This document shows positions 36,610 to 49,660 of a DNA stretch of 64,000 nucleotides, in pieces; position 1 is the first letter of the stretch; each line of letters begins with the position of its first letter. This stretch comes from Octopus vulgaris. Its lineage: Eukaryota. A program made the position numbers and the translations under genes. Where the stretch lies: positions 174,902,001-174,966,000 of the forward strand of contig OX597814.1 of the NCBI GenBank assembly GCA_951406725.2. The letters are read 5' to 3'. The notes under the pieces are model-generated. The model did no database searches, had not been told where the DNA came from, and worked only from the letters and a program-made list of their open reading frames with translations.

Positions 36610-37560
36610 CAGTTTTGCCTTAATAGATGGGTCTTCTTGAGTTGGCCTAAGAACCTGAGATCAAACTTTGCTACTTCCATCCAATGTCTTCCAGAGTCTC
36701 CTTTTATCATAGATTTCATCCACATTAAGTGAATGATACTTCTTTATACAGCTGCCTTCATCCATGTTTGGATGGAAGCACTCCGTCGGTTACGACGACA
36801 AGGGTTCCGGTTGATCCGATCAACGGAACAGCCTGCTCGTGAAATTAACGTGTAAGTGGCTGAGCACTCCACATACACGTGTACCCTTAACGTAGTTCTC
36901 GGGGATATTCAGTGTGACACAGAGTGACAAGGCCGGCCCTTTGAAATACAGGTACAACAGAAACAGGAAGTAAGAATGAGAGAAAGTTGTGGTGAAAGAG
37001 TACAGCAGGGATCACCACCATCCCTGCCGGAGCCTCGTGGAGCTTTAGGTGTTTTCGCTCAATAAACACTCACAACGCCCGGTCTGGGAATCGAAACCGC
37101 GATCCTACGACCACGAGTCCGCTGCCCTAACACTGGGCCATTGCGCCTCCTTCATCCATATATATCACATGCTTAAACTAATACAATTTTCTCTTGCACA
37201 CTACATTTGATTTCTCTCATGCCCAGTTTTTCACTCAACACATTTGTACTCTGAAAGTCATGTACACTGACACTGCACATCCAGTGGAAGATTCTTGCTT
37301 CATTGCTTTCTAGTTTTCACAAGTTCTCTGCATTTAGAGCCTATGGCTCACTACCATGTAGCAATGCTAGTTGTACACAAGTTTTATACAATCTGCTTTT
37401 CACTCTCTGTTAGGGAGAAAGCATTCTGAACTTCCTCCAGCCTGTTCATACTGAGGCCACTATATTGAGAACATCTTCCTACCCAGCTAATTAGGTCATC
37501 TACAGATCAGAAGCTATCTACTACCTCAAGGGATCCTCCTATGCATTGGAGAAAATCTAT
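36610..37560 (-). mobile_element. Decayed RTE-like LINE 3' region, interrupted by a SINE
   Basis: Reverse-strand similarity to RTE remnants at 29900-30030, 34165-34500 and 41560-41900. Confidence 0.55.
36767..37150 (-). mobile_element. tRNA-derived SINE family C, full length with TSD
   Basis: TSD CCTTCATCCAT at 36755-36765 and 37149-37159; intact A/B boxes; CpG-rich, so probably young. Confidence 0.9.
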
Positions 37561-37644
37561 TTCCTATGTGTTCTTAATGTTTATTAGGCCTGCATATCTG
37601 CTACATATAAAATCTACTTTCTATGTTGACTTTCATATAAATAA

Positions 37645-38030
37645 TAATGAAATTATTGTATACAGTGCTCAGGTGCACCACAACTTGTCAAAAAGTGCGT
37701 ATAAAGCATGTGCCTTAATGTACAAATGTCTGGAAAGTGAACAGTGTATGAGTCGGATTCATGCTTGCGTGTGTATGGAGGGGAGAAAATCAGATGTAGT
37801 GTTGCCGAATCTCAGAAAGCATGGAAGTTTTGAAGGATGCAGTGCTCCAACAACTAACAACTGATGCCGGCAGTCTGTTCCATGGTTCAGCAACTCTTAG
37901 CATGAAAAAATGTTTCTGAAAGTCATGGGAGCTGTGCTGTTTTCTGACTTTGTAAACATGTCCATGGGTGTTAGACAGGTGGAGTTTGAAAAGGTGCTCA
38001 GAGTTATTGTTTGTAAGATGGTTAATAATA
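37645..38030 (-). mobile_element. CR1-like LINE 3' end
   Basis: THGHVYKVRKQHSSHDFQKHFFMLRVAEPWNRLPASVV...FK; TRGH...FF..RV...WN.LP motif; (ATT)n-like tail. Confidence 0.8.
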
Positions 38031-38228
38031 ATTACCTGTGATTCTACTGCACCTTTTGTGTATCCATAGTTTGCACTAGGTATCCGGAATCTCATTTGGA
38101 GTAGAGTCCTTTTGTTTTCTTGCTTACTAAAATTTTAGTCTTTACTAAGATAACTTGAAAGCCCTTTGATTTCGAGTTTTGCTCCCACACCCAGAATTTC
38201 TTTTCTCGTTCTTCTATAAATACTGCTA

Positions 38229-38354
38229 TACAAGAGTGGGCTGAAAAGTTCATAGGTTGACTATAAAGTGTAATGTTAGAGCTGTGAGATGTTTCATGCA
38301 TTAATTTCAACTCTTCTTATTTATAACTGCATTAATTCTTTCCAGGTAAAACTG

Positions 38355-38387
<33 letters not shown>

Positions 38388-39553
38388 TGTGTACAGTGCT
38401 CAGGTGCACTACAACTCATCTAAAGTGTATATATAATCAGGTGTAGTTTCGACGGATTTCGGGAAGCATGAGGGCCTTAAAGGATGCAGTGTCATGGCAG
38501 TCAACAACTGATGCAGGCAGTTTATTCCACGCTTCAGCAACCCTGAGCATGAAAAAATGTTTCCGAAAGTCATGGGAGCTGTGCTGTTTTCTGACTTTGT
38601 AGGCATGTCCACGTGTGTTAAACACATGGAGATCAAAAAGGTGTTCAGTGTTGTTGTTGGTGAGGTGGTGAGGTGGGGTGGAGAGGTGGTTTCCATAACT
38701 GTTCAAAGATTTCAAAAGTAACTAGACTAGTGGTGACTTCTCTTGAAAATCAACAAAATTTGGCATCACAGTGTTATCAAGTACCTGAAGATATTAGCAT
38801 ATCCTGTGAGAGAGTTGAGAATATTCTGCACAATGAACTTGGTATGATGAAGGTTCCTGCTTGGTGGGTGCCACATCTGACACCTGTTCAAAAGCATACC
38901 AGGCTGATCATATCATAGGAAAATCTGACATTGTCTGAGCCAGATTCAGCTGGTTTCTTGAACGTTGGCTTCATCACTTTGAACCAGAGACAAAAAGACA
39001 ATCGATACAGTGGAAACATCCCCCCTCACCTCCTCCAATGATGGCCTCAGTTTTGTGGGATGCAAAAGACATTGTGTTTATTGACTATTTTCAAAAAGGC
39101 CACTCAGTCAAAGGAGAGTACAATGCCAACTGGTTGAGGCAGTTATGAAAGGCTGTCAAGTCCAAATGGCCAGGAAAACTGACAAAAGGAATCTTGCTCC
39201 ATCAGAAAATACTCCAGCACATGTCTTTGGTTTCAGTGGTTGATGTGCATGACTGTGACCCTGAACTTATTGATTACCTTCCCTATTCTCCTGATTTGGT
39301 CCTATTTGACTATCATCTATCACCCAACAGAAAAAAAACACTTAGTTGGGAAACAGTATTGCAGTAATGACAATGTCATATCTGCTATTGATGACCTTTT
39401 TTTGACCAACAAGATGAAAGCTTCTTCACCAATGGGATTCAAGTACTACAACACCAATGGAAGAAGTGTGTGGACTGCAAGGGGGAGTATGTTGAAAAAT
39501 AAACATCATTTGAGAATATCTTGGTTAACCATTAACATTTCAGCTGACCCTCA
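38229..39553 (+). mobile_element. mariner-type DNA transposon remnant (interrupted by a CR1-like insertion)
   Basis: TIR TACAAGAGTGGGCTGAAAAGTTCATAGGTTGAC with degenerate inverse at ~39522-39553; transposase motifs ILHNELGMMKVPAWWVPHL, EPETKRQSIQW, VLWDAKDIVFIDY, PYSPDL. Confidence 0.85.
38360..38665 (-). mobile_element. CR1-like LINE 3' end nested in the mariner
   Basis: TRGHAYKVRKQHSSHDFRKHFFMLRVAEAWNKLPASVV; (ATT)n tail at 38360-38388. Confidence 0.85.
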
Positions 39554-41559
39554 AAAGCTGCTTCACTAGTTACTGGGTATGGCATCTTCCTGTGCAACCT
39601 GATTGACTACAAGGGTGATGAGCCTATACCCTTCTTATTTGCAACAAATTACTTTGCTTCATGCAATGAGGAAGGTGTTTGGCCCTGTTAGTAGCCATCT
39701 TCTTGGAAATCTTCAGATTTGTTTACAAATGGCCACTGGCATGATGAGATTTAAGAAAGAATACTGTTTGGGAGTGAATGCTTGCTTCTCTGGAAGGGAT
39801 GGTAACTCAGTATTTCATATATGGGATCTAAGAAATATAGTACCTGTATGACAGAAAGAACATACATCTTTGCTCAAGTTGATGACTCATAATAGCAATT
39901 TAAATTCAGAAATAGAAATTTTTATTAAATGTATCCATCAAGACAAGTTTGTATTATCTAATTAGAAAACATGTCTTTTGCTAGGATGGCCACACTACAA
40001 TTCTTCAAATCAGCTTTCCATTGCATGTTAAACTTGGCACACACTTCTGCTTTTTAACATACCCATAATGTTGGACATTTTTTGAGCTTATCTATTTACA
40101 AGATACCAGTACACTTAGACATTCTAATAACACAGACTAAACAATTTTAATACAGTTTGGTACTTCTTACTATGTTAAACAATGGCTTCTAATTTAGGCA
40201 CAAAGCCAGTAATATTTGATACCATGAACACCAGAACTTAACTGGAAAATGAGAATTCTTGAGACTTTTGTGCCTTTCCTTTTGGAGTTGGTACTAATTG
40301 CAGCAAAGTGATTGGTCCATCCTCTCTGGAAGTGGAGACAACTTTAAGAAATTAATATTTTATCTTGCACCCTTATTTGTCTTTGCTGTTTAAATACCTC
40401 CTACTGTCCACTCTGAATTATTTCTTTCAGCTCAAATTTATTTCAATTATATATATGTTTGCTTGTAATACTTATATGTATTCACATGCATGTATGAGTA
40501 CTACCCAACCTTATGAAACCCGATACAATAGATCTATGATCAAAGATGTTCCAACTGTAAAAAAATTTTCTTAACATCAAATGTTCTTTTTTCACTGGCA
40601 TGGGTTCAATGGTTTCACAGATGACCAGCTGCCTAGGCTTCATGTTTGTTTTGGCATGGTTTTTATAGCTGGATACCCTTCCTGGCACCAACCACTTTAC
40701 AGTGTGCTGGGTGCTTTTATATGGCACTAGCATGGGTGCTTTTTACAAAACACCCATAAGCCTGCAAGATTAGGATTGCTCAGCTCAAGAGAGATAAAGG
40801 AGACATGCCTATATGGAAGGATAACCACAATTTTACTTAGCATGATGTATCTTCTCAAGCATAGCAATCTGCCAGAAGTCTCGGTCCCTTGTCATCCTGT
40901 CTGTGAGGCCAAATGTCACAAAATCCTTTCTTAACACTTCATCTCAGATTTTCCTGGGTCTACTCCTTCCACAATTAGAGATCATGTATCATACATACTA
41001 TATCAGGCAACATTATTCAATGTATCTTCCTTTGTTAGTGCTGTCATTTATTCTCTGGGTGAGCCAGTCAAACAGATTAACATTGTATACTTAAAGATAT
41101 CAAAACTGTGATCAACATCCATTGTTTCCCCTTTTTTTCTTCAGGCATTTTAGTATCTAAGATTACTGTGTGCAGTCCATTATATTTTAAGACAGTCTTA
41201 AGTTATTCTATGGCAAATTGGCTACTATTTCTTAAAGGTCGAGTTACTATGTAAGATGGCTTGTTTCTGCTTTTACTTCCATTTGAAATATTCTGTAGAT
41301 TGTTTTGACACTTGCTGTTTAAGAATGGGATGAAAGCCATTTTGTAACATCTACACTTTATACATGAAGTGGATGTGAACACTTTCTCGTTTTGAATTCT
41401 ATGACAATGATTGAAGTGAGGTAATGCTTCTTGTTCAGTATTATGCTGTACATATTTACCACTTAATCTCATATATATGAACTCTGAGTACACTTGTAAT
41501 GATCCAAGCCATTCCAGCTATATATCATCATCATCATCATCATATTTTAACATCTACTT

Positions 41560-41900
41560 TGGGGGTAGATGAGCAGCTCGTGAGAGCCATCTAAGTTCAT
41601 GTGCAAGGGTGCTATCAGTAAGGTGAATATGGCAATGAATATAGAGATGAAGTTAGTGGTTCGCAGTTAAAAACGGCCTCTCTCTATCAATGTCAAAGCA
41701 GAGTGTATGAAGCCTGTGTATGGACAGCTATACTACAGGGCAGTGAAACATGGGAATGACTGCATGCAAAAGCCTAAAAGAAATGAAGCTAGCATGCCTC
41801 GCTGGATGAGCATTGTCAGTGTGTATGTGCGACAAAGTGTAAATGTCTGAAGAGATAAATTGGGTATAAGAGACATCAGATGTTGTGTGAAAGAGTGTTA
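41560..41900 (+). mobile_element. Decayed RTE-like LINE fragments
   Basis: GGGGTAGATGAGCAGCTCGTGAGAGCC aligns with 29346-29375; downstream part resembles an RTE C-terminus. Confidence 0.55.
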
Positions 41901-42674
41901 AGCATACAATAACAAGATTGTAGTTTTGTTTCCTTGACCAGGTAGTATATTGTGTTCACTCAGCTGTAAATGAGTGACCGTGATGGACTGGCATCCAATG
42001 AAGTGGGGAATGGCATGGAAACTGGGTAACTAGTTCTATGAATCCTACAACTCAAGACAGTTCTTATATACTATTGTATAGTACAGAATACCATTGGAAC
42101 AAAATGTTTGAATAATAAGAAAACTTATTATCTAAAAATATAATGCTATGATGAAACCAAGAAGATTTCAGAGAAGTAAGAATATTATAAACAGAAGACT
42201 AATAATTTATCACTTTAATTTTTAATTTTCTTATTTAAATTTTAGCTATACATAAATATTGAAATAACTTCTCCCTAAAGATGTAAATGTCAGCAAATAG
42301 CTTCTTGCATTATGTCCAAATACTCATCACCTATTGTTGATATTTAAACAAATAACATACGGCTATTTTTCTGGATTTTTAAAAAATAGTTATATAACCA
42401 TCTATAAATAATGCAATACAACTTTTCATGAGATATATTTTAATAACTGAACATTTTGTATGAAAGAATAATTTTTTTTAATATTTTCAATCAGAATTTT
42501 GGAGTAATTTAATGCAACAAGAGAATAAAATCTTCAAATAACCATCACTAGAGATTTCTTTTTAAATTTCATGTTGAAGGGAAAGTAAATAAATGTTCAT
42601 TGTATTTAAACTTCTTCCAATTTATCTCTTCCATTAAAGAAATACTTTACCATCACCTTAGTTTATAAAGAAAA

Positions 42675-42852
42675 ATGTGTGTATGTGTGTGCATATATAT
42701 ATATATATATATAGATAGATAGATAGATAGATAGAGAGTGTGTGTGTGTGTGAGAGAGAGAGAGAGTGGGTGTGTATGTGTGAGAGAGAGAGAGAGTGGG
42801 TGTGTATGTGTGAGAGAGAGAGAGAGTGAGTGTGTGTGTGAGAGAGAGAGAT
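42675..42852. repeat. Compound microsatellite (TG/TA/TAGA/GA) with ~30-bp higher-order repeats
   Basis: Directly visible; GTGGGTGTGTATGTGTGAGAGAGAGAGAGA unit repeated. Confidence 0.9.
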
Positions 42853-44346
42853 AACTATTCAGATGCTGTTCAACTGAGCAAACAACTGAATGCCTATCAT
42901 GAAAGTTGGAGGAGGATCCATCAAATATATATATGTTATATATAATTAACCATTCTTTGAATTTGTAATACAAATACTACTGAATTACACTCCTAAAAAT
43001 AGATAAAAAAAATTTTCTGTGATTAGAATAAAGAGCAATGAAAACATAATGTTTTAACGAGTAATGTAATAAATGATAGGAATACTATTTCATCATCAAA
43101 TGTATGGTCATTGGATAATCTTTTTTGCCATATTCCTGGTAATTATTTTTCTTCTTTTTTGTTAATCCCTCTCAAGGCCTTTTATTTACAGTTGGACCTA
43201 GTAACGAAACAGACAACCATAATATGAAGTCATTGCAACAGAGAGATGTGAACTATCTCAAGCTACCAAAACAATAACATTGTAGCAATAAAGTATTTAT
43301 GATATATTTCTATAGCAAACAGTATGGAAAATTATTAAATTTTAAAAAAAAAAATGAATACTGTTTACTAATCTGCAACTCTATAAGAGCTAGTTACAAA
43401 GCTAGTCGCATAAAATCTGATAAAATTATTTTTACAATTACTTATATTTTTCAGAGAAAAGTAATTTACATTCTATAGACTTCTTTCATTGTATTTTTGC
43501 TATGTATATATATATATATATATATATTTCCGTAACCAGTTTAGCATTTTTACTTGGCAAGAACTTGGAAAAATCTTTCCAGAAATATTGAGAATACTGG
43601 CATAGACCCTGGGCACTGTCTACAATGAGAACAGATTTCAAGATGGAAGACGTTTTGGGTTTTAATATCATCAGTTAGAAAATTTATCAAAAATGGAAAA
43701 TTTGCCCTCCAAAGTATTATGTCAATCACTTAATGTACATATATGAACAACTGCATAAGGAATGAAACATAGGGAAACTAAACAGGTAGCAAGGCATTTT
43801 TTTTTATTCAGTGATATTGTTAAATTTATACTAGTAGCCAGAGAACAATTTTTCTTTAGGGGGGAGGAAAAAAAGAGAAAGAAAGAATCTGTTTCACCTG
43901 AACAAAGTTTTTTTTTTCAATGCTTCAACGCTCAAACGTATACATGATCATATATCTGTACTGGCTTTTATGTTGAATTATATGAAGCTAACTTAGAATA
44001 AGAAGCAATGTACATGTGTGCCATATATCTAACATTTTCAACTTTTGTATCAAGTCTGTGTCAGTATTCATGTCAAGTGTGTGAGTGTTTGGGTATGCAT
44101 GTGTACACCAGTTAGGAATAATAGTAGACAGTAGTGTCTTTGCTTGTCAAACAATCTCTTGTTGATATAAAAAATTACATTTATTACAGCCTTCCATTTC
44201 ATGGAATGATAGATTCCCAATGAAAATTTTTCTTTTTTTTTTTTTGGTTTGTTATATATATATGTATATATATATATATATTTAAAATTTTTGCACATGC
44301 AGTATATTTCTAGTGTTGTTTACAACAGAAGAAAGACTGGTTTCTG

Positions 44347-44487
44347 TTAGCTGAGAAGGTTTCGAATTTCTTTATGAATGTGGCAGAGGAAGTCAACATA
44401 AGAAGCTGAGCCATTCATGCCTTTGTCTTCCACAAGGAAGTGATTGAACCACGGCTCCAGTTTGTCTCGCTGTCGAACAATAATCAA
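44347..44487 (-). CDS. SEC24C: SEC24C/D-type COPII coat subunit, last coding exon (stop TAA)
   Basis: LIIVRQRDKLEPWFNHFLVEDKGMNGSASYVDFLCHIHKEIRNLLS*; matches the Sec24C/D C-terminus FLVEDK...SYVDFLCHxHKEIRxLLS. Confidence 0.95.
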   Translation of the reverse strand: MIIVRQRDKLEPWFNHFLVEDKGMNGSASYVDFLCHIHKEIRNLLS

Positions 44488-44889
44488 CTGAAAAACAAAA
44501 TTATAGATTTGTTAAAAGTGTAAATGATGTTGGTGAAAAGAAATGAATTTGCTTCATTTTCACCCATCTATGTAATGTCTTTTGCCTATTGTAGCAAATT
44601 AAAAAGAAAAAGAAAAGACACAGTGAACATGTTGATAAAGCTTTCTAAGTGAAAAGTCTTTTCAATTATACCCCATCCTATCTCAATAGTTAACCACCCT
44701 TGTCACCTCAGGTGTTTTTAGCAGAGTCTACTCTGTTACTAGTATTCAAGCCACTTTTCTAGTTTGATGATATCTTCCACTAGTTTTGGAGGCCATATAA
44801 TGAAACATGGGCACTGCTTCCCTTTCTAACATACTACCACCAGTTAAAAACTGGTGCTGCTATGTTAATGCCCTCATAACTTAGTGATT

Positions 44890-45262
44890 CAGGGTTAAGT
44901 CCCTATGTGTGGAACCTTGGGCAAGTGTCTTCTACTATAGCCTCAGAACGACCAAAGCCCAGTGAGTGAATTTGGTAGACAGAAACAGAAAGAAGCCCAT
45001 CGTATATATATATATATGTCTATATATCTATATGTGTGTGTCTTTGTGTCTATGTTTACCCCACGACCACCAGTTGAAAACCGGTGCTGGTATGTTAATG
45101 CCCTCATAACTTAGTGGTTCAACAAAAGAGACCAATAGAATAAGTACCAGACTTTAAAAAAATAAGTACTGGGATTGATATATTTGACTCTAAATTCTTC
45201 AAGGCGGTGCCCCAGCATGGGTGCAGTCTAATGACTCAAACAAGATAAATGGTAAAAGATAA
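44890..45262 (+). mobile_element. SINE family A copy in the last SEC24C intron, ending ~13 nt from the exon donor
   Basis: Aligns with 60-430; a duplicate of its 3' module lies just upstream at 44836-44891. Confidence 0.75.
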
Positions 45263-45275
45263 AGAAATGGCTTAC

Positions 45276-45365
45276 CTTCATTTGTCTGCTGCGGTCCTGT
45301 TGTACTATCCTAATAATTGAACGTATTCGCTGCGATAAAGGATTATCCAATTCTATTAACTTGCA
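45276..45365 (-). CDS. SEC24C: SEC24C/D exon
   Basis: 90 nt, CKLIELDNPLSQRIRSIIRIVQQDRSRQMK; tttcAG| and AAG|GTaagc. Confidence 0.93.
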
Positions 45366-45531
45366 CTGAAAAGGAAAAGAGAAAAAAACCAAACATTTAT
45401 TATTTGCTCTCTTATTTGATACAGTAGAAAGAAAATAACTATATTTCATAAACAAGTTAATCTTTGAAGTGAATAAATTATATATATATATCATCATTTA
45501 GCGTCCGCTTTCCATGCTAGCAGTTGGACTA

Positions 45532-45567
<36 letters not shown>

Positions 45568-47185
45568 TGACAAACAAAGGATAGAAACATCTAGACTGTT
45601 TTAAATTATTACAAAGAATTTAACTTATTACTAAGAATTTAATTTCTTACTACAAGATTATGTATATTTAAGTTTTTTTTTTTGTCTTTTTAGAAATCTG
45701 AAAAAGAATTATACTTAGAATTTCAAAATCTAAATTATAATGAACAAAAAGATAAAAATAAATGCATATAAGTAATAATAGCAATGATGACTTTATTTAG
45801 TATGTAACTAAACTTATAAGAGAAATGGGTAATTCTGTTAGGCATGCCTTTCCTAGGGACAATGGTAGAATATATAAGGTATTTTTAACAGAAAATCAAA
45901 GAAAGTGTATAGCAGATTCCATTCACTAAGAACTTACTGTCACACCGCATTCATACTATCAATAATAATAGCAAACAAGCATTAAGAGAGAGACTATCTG
46001 GTCATCTGACTAGCTAGAAACAGCAGCCAAACTTCCCTTAAATCACACATACTATGGTATTAGAATATAAAGAAAATATTGGACAATGTAGCCAAAGCTG
46101 GTCACCTCAAAGGACAGCTTCACCAGGGCTCAGATGACACTAAACAAACCATAATAATAGTTTCTTCCATAAATATATATAAAAAAGGGGCAATTTTTGA
46201 TGAAGGAGAATTGGCAGTGTGACCTTCCCAAAAACTATAATTTCAATTGGGCATTGAAACTGGGTCACACTAGCAACATGGCACCTGTCATTAATAACTA
46301 CTCAAAATATATAAAGGACATGAAACAAAGAGTGCTGTACATTCCTTTCCTAAAGCTACAAAGTAAAACAATTTAAAAAAGGGTCAAAATTAATTTATTG
46401 TCTTGACAAACCACGAACATATAAATGAACTGAATACTCGCTACCTAATAATAATTTCTTCAAAGGCATAATTTCAGTTGTTCAAAGGAAATATATTTAA
46501 TTCTATTGATGTCTTATTAAAAATTCCTATTTTCTCTCTAACTGATATACAATTACTTCCATAGATGTAAATCACAAATATTTCAGCAACAGATTTACTT
46601 GAGTGAATCAAGTTAGTATATTACAAGCACTTACTTTATCATGCCCTCACAATAAGTTAACCCCTAAAAGTGGACACAGGGAGACAGAACTAAATACTGA
46701 AAGGCATTTCCAACTCCAAATTGAACAGTGAAACATGAAGAAACTGATGAAGGTTTATATTTGCAAATAGCAATTAGAAAACTTTTACAAAGTGGAATAA
46801 ATCAGTTTGTTATGAAGACATTTTCGACAGCACACCTGATCAGAGAAAGACAAAATGTTCTCATGATCATTTCATCTTTCTTTGATGAAGGTTTCTGTCT
46901 GAAATGTTAGATTTATCTTCTTCATAACAAACTTATTTATTTCACTTGATGAACTTTTGCTCAATCCAATCTGTGACAATTGAAGCACTCCAGAATTCAC
47001 TTTCTACCCACATTTTCCCCTCCAGGTTAGAAATCAAGCTGAGCATCAACTGCATCTACTTTCCGAATCTGAGAGGAAAGGTCATGGGCACTGCCTCTTG
47101 TCTTTCCATACCAAACAAGAGGGAGAGAAGTGAGGTGACTGTCAAGATATGTATAATTTTTTTATTGTTAAAATTGTTAGAGAAT

Positions 47186-47412
47186 TAACCCTTTAGCATT
47201 CAGATTACTCTGTCAAATGTAAAGCCTGTTTAATTACATTATTTAAAATTAATTGTACAGCATCTTGTAACTCTGAGATTTTGATGATGTCCCTGTTTAT
47301 TTTTAGAATGACTTTGTAGGGTAGGTATGAGAGGTCAGAGCTGGCTGGTTTGAGAATAAAACAGGAAGACAATTTTTGCCTGATATGGCCAGTTTAAACA
47401 CTAAAGGGTTAA
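47186..47412. mobile_element. piggyBac-like MITE (intact)
   Basis: TTAA-CCCTTTAG ... CTAAAGGG-TTAA: TTAA target duplication and CCC/GGG termini; related copies at 960-1620, 11060-11372, 25716-25935 and 59030-59223. Confidence 0.8.
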
Positions 47413-47619
47413 AGCCACTTAAATTAAAAAGATGATTTTTTTTTTTCTTTCAATAAATTCATGAACTTAAGGTGCCTAGAATAAATTTTAAAACAAGTAT
47501 ATTAGTTATAAACCTAACTAAAACTGGAGCACAAACAGACACTTTCTTCCACACCATACACACAGTTTTCCAAAGCGTCTGAAAAGAGAAGAGCAATTAG
47601 ACTGAAATTGTAGAAGTAC

Positions 47620-47723
47620 TTTGTCAATATCGATCTGGGCAGCACTTTGTACTCCAAACACCATTTGCACCCATTCAGGACTTACATTGTGGCCAAGCCA
47701 CAAGTACATTGTTAATCCATTTT
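47620..47723 (-). CDS. SEC24C: SEC24C/D exon (gelsolin-like domain)
   Basis: 104 nt, (E)NGLTMYLWLGHNVSPEWVQMVFGVQSAAQIDIDK; cacAG| acceptor; weak AAA|GTactt donor. Confidence 0.92.
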
Positions 47724-47884
47724 CTGTGAACAAAACAGAAAGAAACAAAGGTATAATAAAACTCTTTAAAAACATAAACAAGATATTATATATATATATA
47801 TATAATATAAATAAAAACAATATATGCATATATACATATATATATGTATATATACATACATATGTGTGTGTATATATATATATA

Positions 47885-48560
47885 TATGCATATATGGGTA
47901 CAGGACATCACAAAACATAACATGAAATACAAAGATAAACTTGAGTATGCAAACAACAAGAGAAACAAATGGAAAACAAGACAAGTAACATAAAGAATGA
48001 CCCTTCATCAGTTGTCAGCTGTCCATCTACTACTCATTTTGAGCATTTAACGGCAATACGAGGCTTTGAAAGGCAGTTGCCCCATCGAATCAAAATTTGG
48101 GATCTGCGGAGAGTCGAAGTTGGTAACAAAAACAGGACAGAGAAGACATACAACAAACCAAACGCAAACAAACATGGAGGGCTGTTAGGCCAGACGAGGT
48201 AAGGTAGCGAATGCTGTAGGAACATTGTCTTTGACAAGAGAAAAGATAAAAAAGGAGACATATAAGAATGCGTCTGGTCTGTATGACAGACTGAAGGAAA
48301 AGACAGATGATCATGTGAGGAAAAGAAAGATGGACGTTGGTCATGTGTGAGCAACGAGAGAGAGAGATAGATAGATAGAAAACGGTGAAGGGGAGAAAAA
48401 AGAATTAGAGAAAGGATGAGAGAGAAAAAAAGAAAGGGGGAGAAAGGAAGAAAAGAATTAGAGAAAGGAAGAGAGAGAAAACAAAATGGAGAGAGAGAGA
48501 GAGAACAGTACAGGGTAGAGTCACAGCAAAATGAAGATAAACTTACTTGGAAATGGATGT
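47885..48560. mobile_element. Unclassified interspersed repeat with purine-rich tail; its first ~100 bp recur at 49290-49420
   Basis: GCATATATGGGTACAGGACATCACAAAAC...GAGAAACAAATGGAAAA present twice, both next to (TA)n. Confidence 0.55.
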
Positions 48561-48582
48561 GTGACATTCAATCATATAAATA

Positions 48583-48624
<42 letters not shown>

Positions 48625-48626
<2 letters not shown>

Positions 48627-49040
48627 TCTTTTTACTCTTTTACTTGTTTCAGTCATTTGACTGTGGCCATGCTGGAGCACCACCTTTAGTCGAGCAAATC
48701 GACCCCGGGACTTATTCTTTGTAAGCCCAGTACTTATTCTATCGGTCTCTTTTTTGCCGAACCACTAAGTGATGGGGACGTAAACACACCAGCATCGGTT
48801 GTCAAGCAATGCTAGGGGGACAAACACAGACACACAAACACACACATATATATAAATATATATATATACATATATACGACAGGCTTCTTTCAGTTTCCGT
48901 CTACCAAATCCACTCACAAGGCATTGGTCGGCCCGGGGCTATAGCAGAAGACACTTGCCCAAGATGCCACGCAGTGGGACTGAACCCGGAACCATGTGGT
49001 TGGTTAGCAAGCTACTTACCACACAGCCACTCCTGCGCCT
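48625..49040 (-). mobile_element. SINE family A, full length
   Basis: Reverse complement of 8-431; flanked by (TA)n. Confidence 0.85.
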
Positions 49041-49505
49041 ATATATATATATATATCCCTCTCTCGCTTTCGGAGAGGCACAAGCACCTACACGCACATA
49101 TACATACACGGCAGTAACTTCCACCTACCGAATTCAATCACAAAGCTCCGGTCAGCTCGGGGCTATAGTGAAAGACACCTACCCAAAGTGCCACGCAGTG
49201 GGACTGAACCCGAAACCATGTAGCTAGGAAGCAAGCTCCCTAACCACATAGCCATGCCCGCGCCTACATGCATATATACATACAGATATATGCATATATG
49301 GGTACAGGACATCACAAAACGTAAATAACATGAAGTACGAAATATGTAAACTATGAAATATGAAGATAAACTTTGTATGAAAACAATGAGAGAAACAAAT
49401 GGAAAAGAAGACAAGTAAATATATATATACACACACACAAAGATGTCTATATAGATATACAAACATGTGTGCATGTGTGAGTGTGTTTATATATATATAT
49501 ATGTA

Positions 49506-49660
49506 TCATCATCATCGTTTAACGTCCGCTTTCCATGCTAGCATGGGTTGGACGGTTCAACTGGGGTCTGGCAAGCCCGAAGGCTGCACCAGGCCAGTCA
49601 GATCTGGCAGTGTTTCTACAGCTGGATGCCCTTCCTAACGCCAACCACTCTGAGAGTGTA
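49506..49660 (-). mobile_element. Repeat family B copy (short)
   Basis: Near-identical to 11614-11770. Confidence 0.8.

Noticed and set aside
37075-37150. tRNA-like sequence with A/B boxes
   Set aside because: It is the head of a TSD-flanked SINE (also at 14340-14412), not a tRNA gene
47995-48050. Hammerhead-ribozyme-like CTGATGA motif on the minus strand
   Set aside because: No intact GAAA core (reads CAAAA) and I could not build stems I-III; worth an Infernal scan of the family consensus but not supportable here
48034-48567. 177-aa hydrophobic ORF
   Set aside because: Translation of a (GA)-rich low-complexity repeat tail
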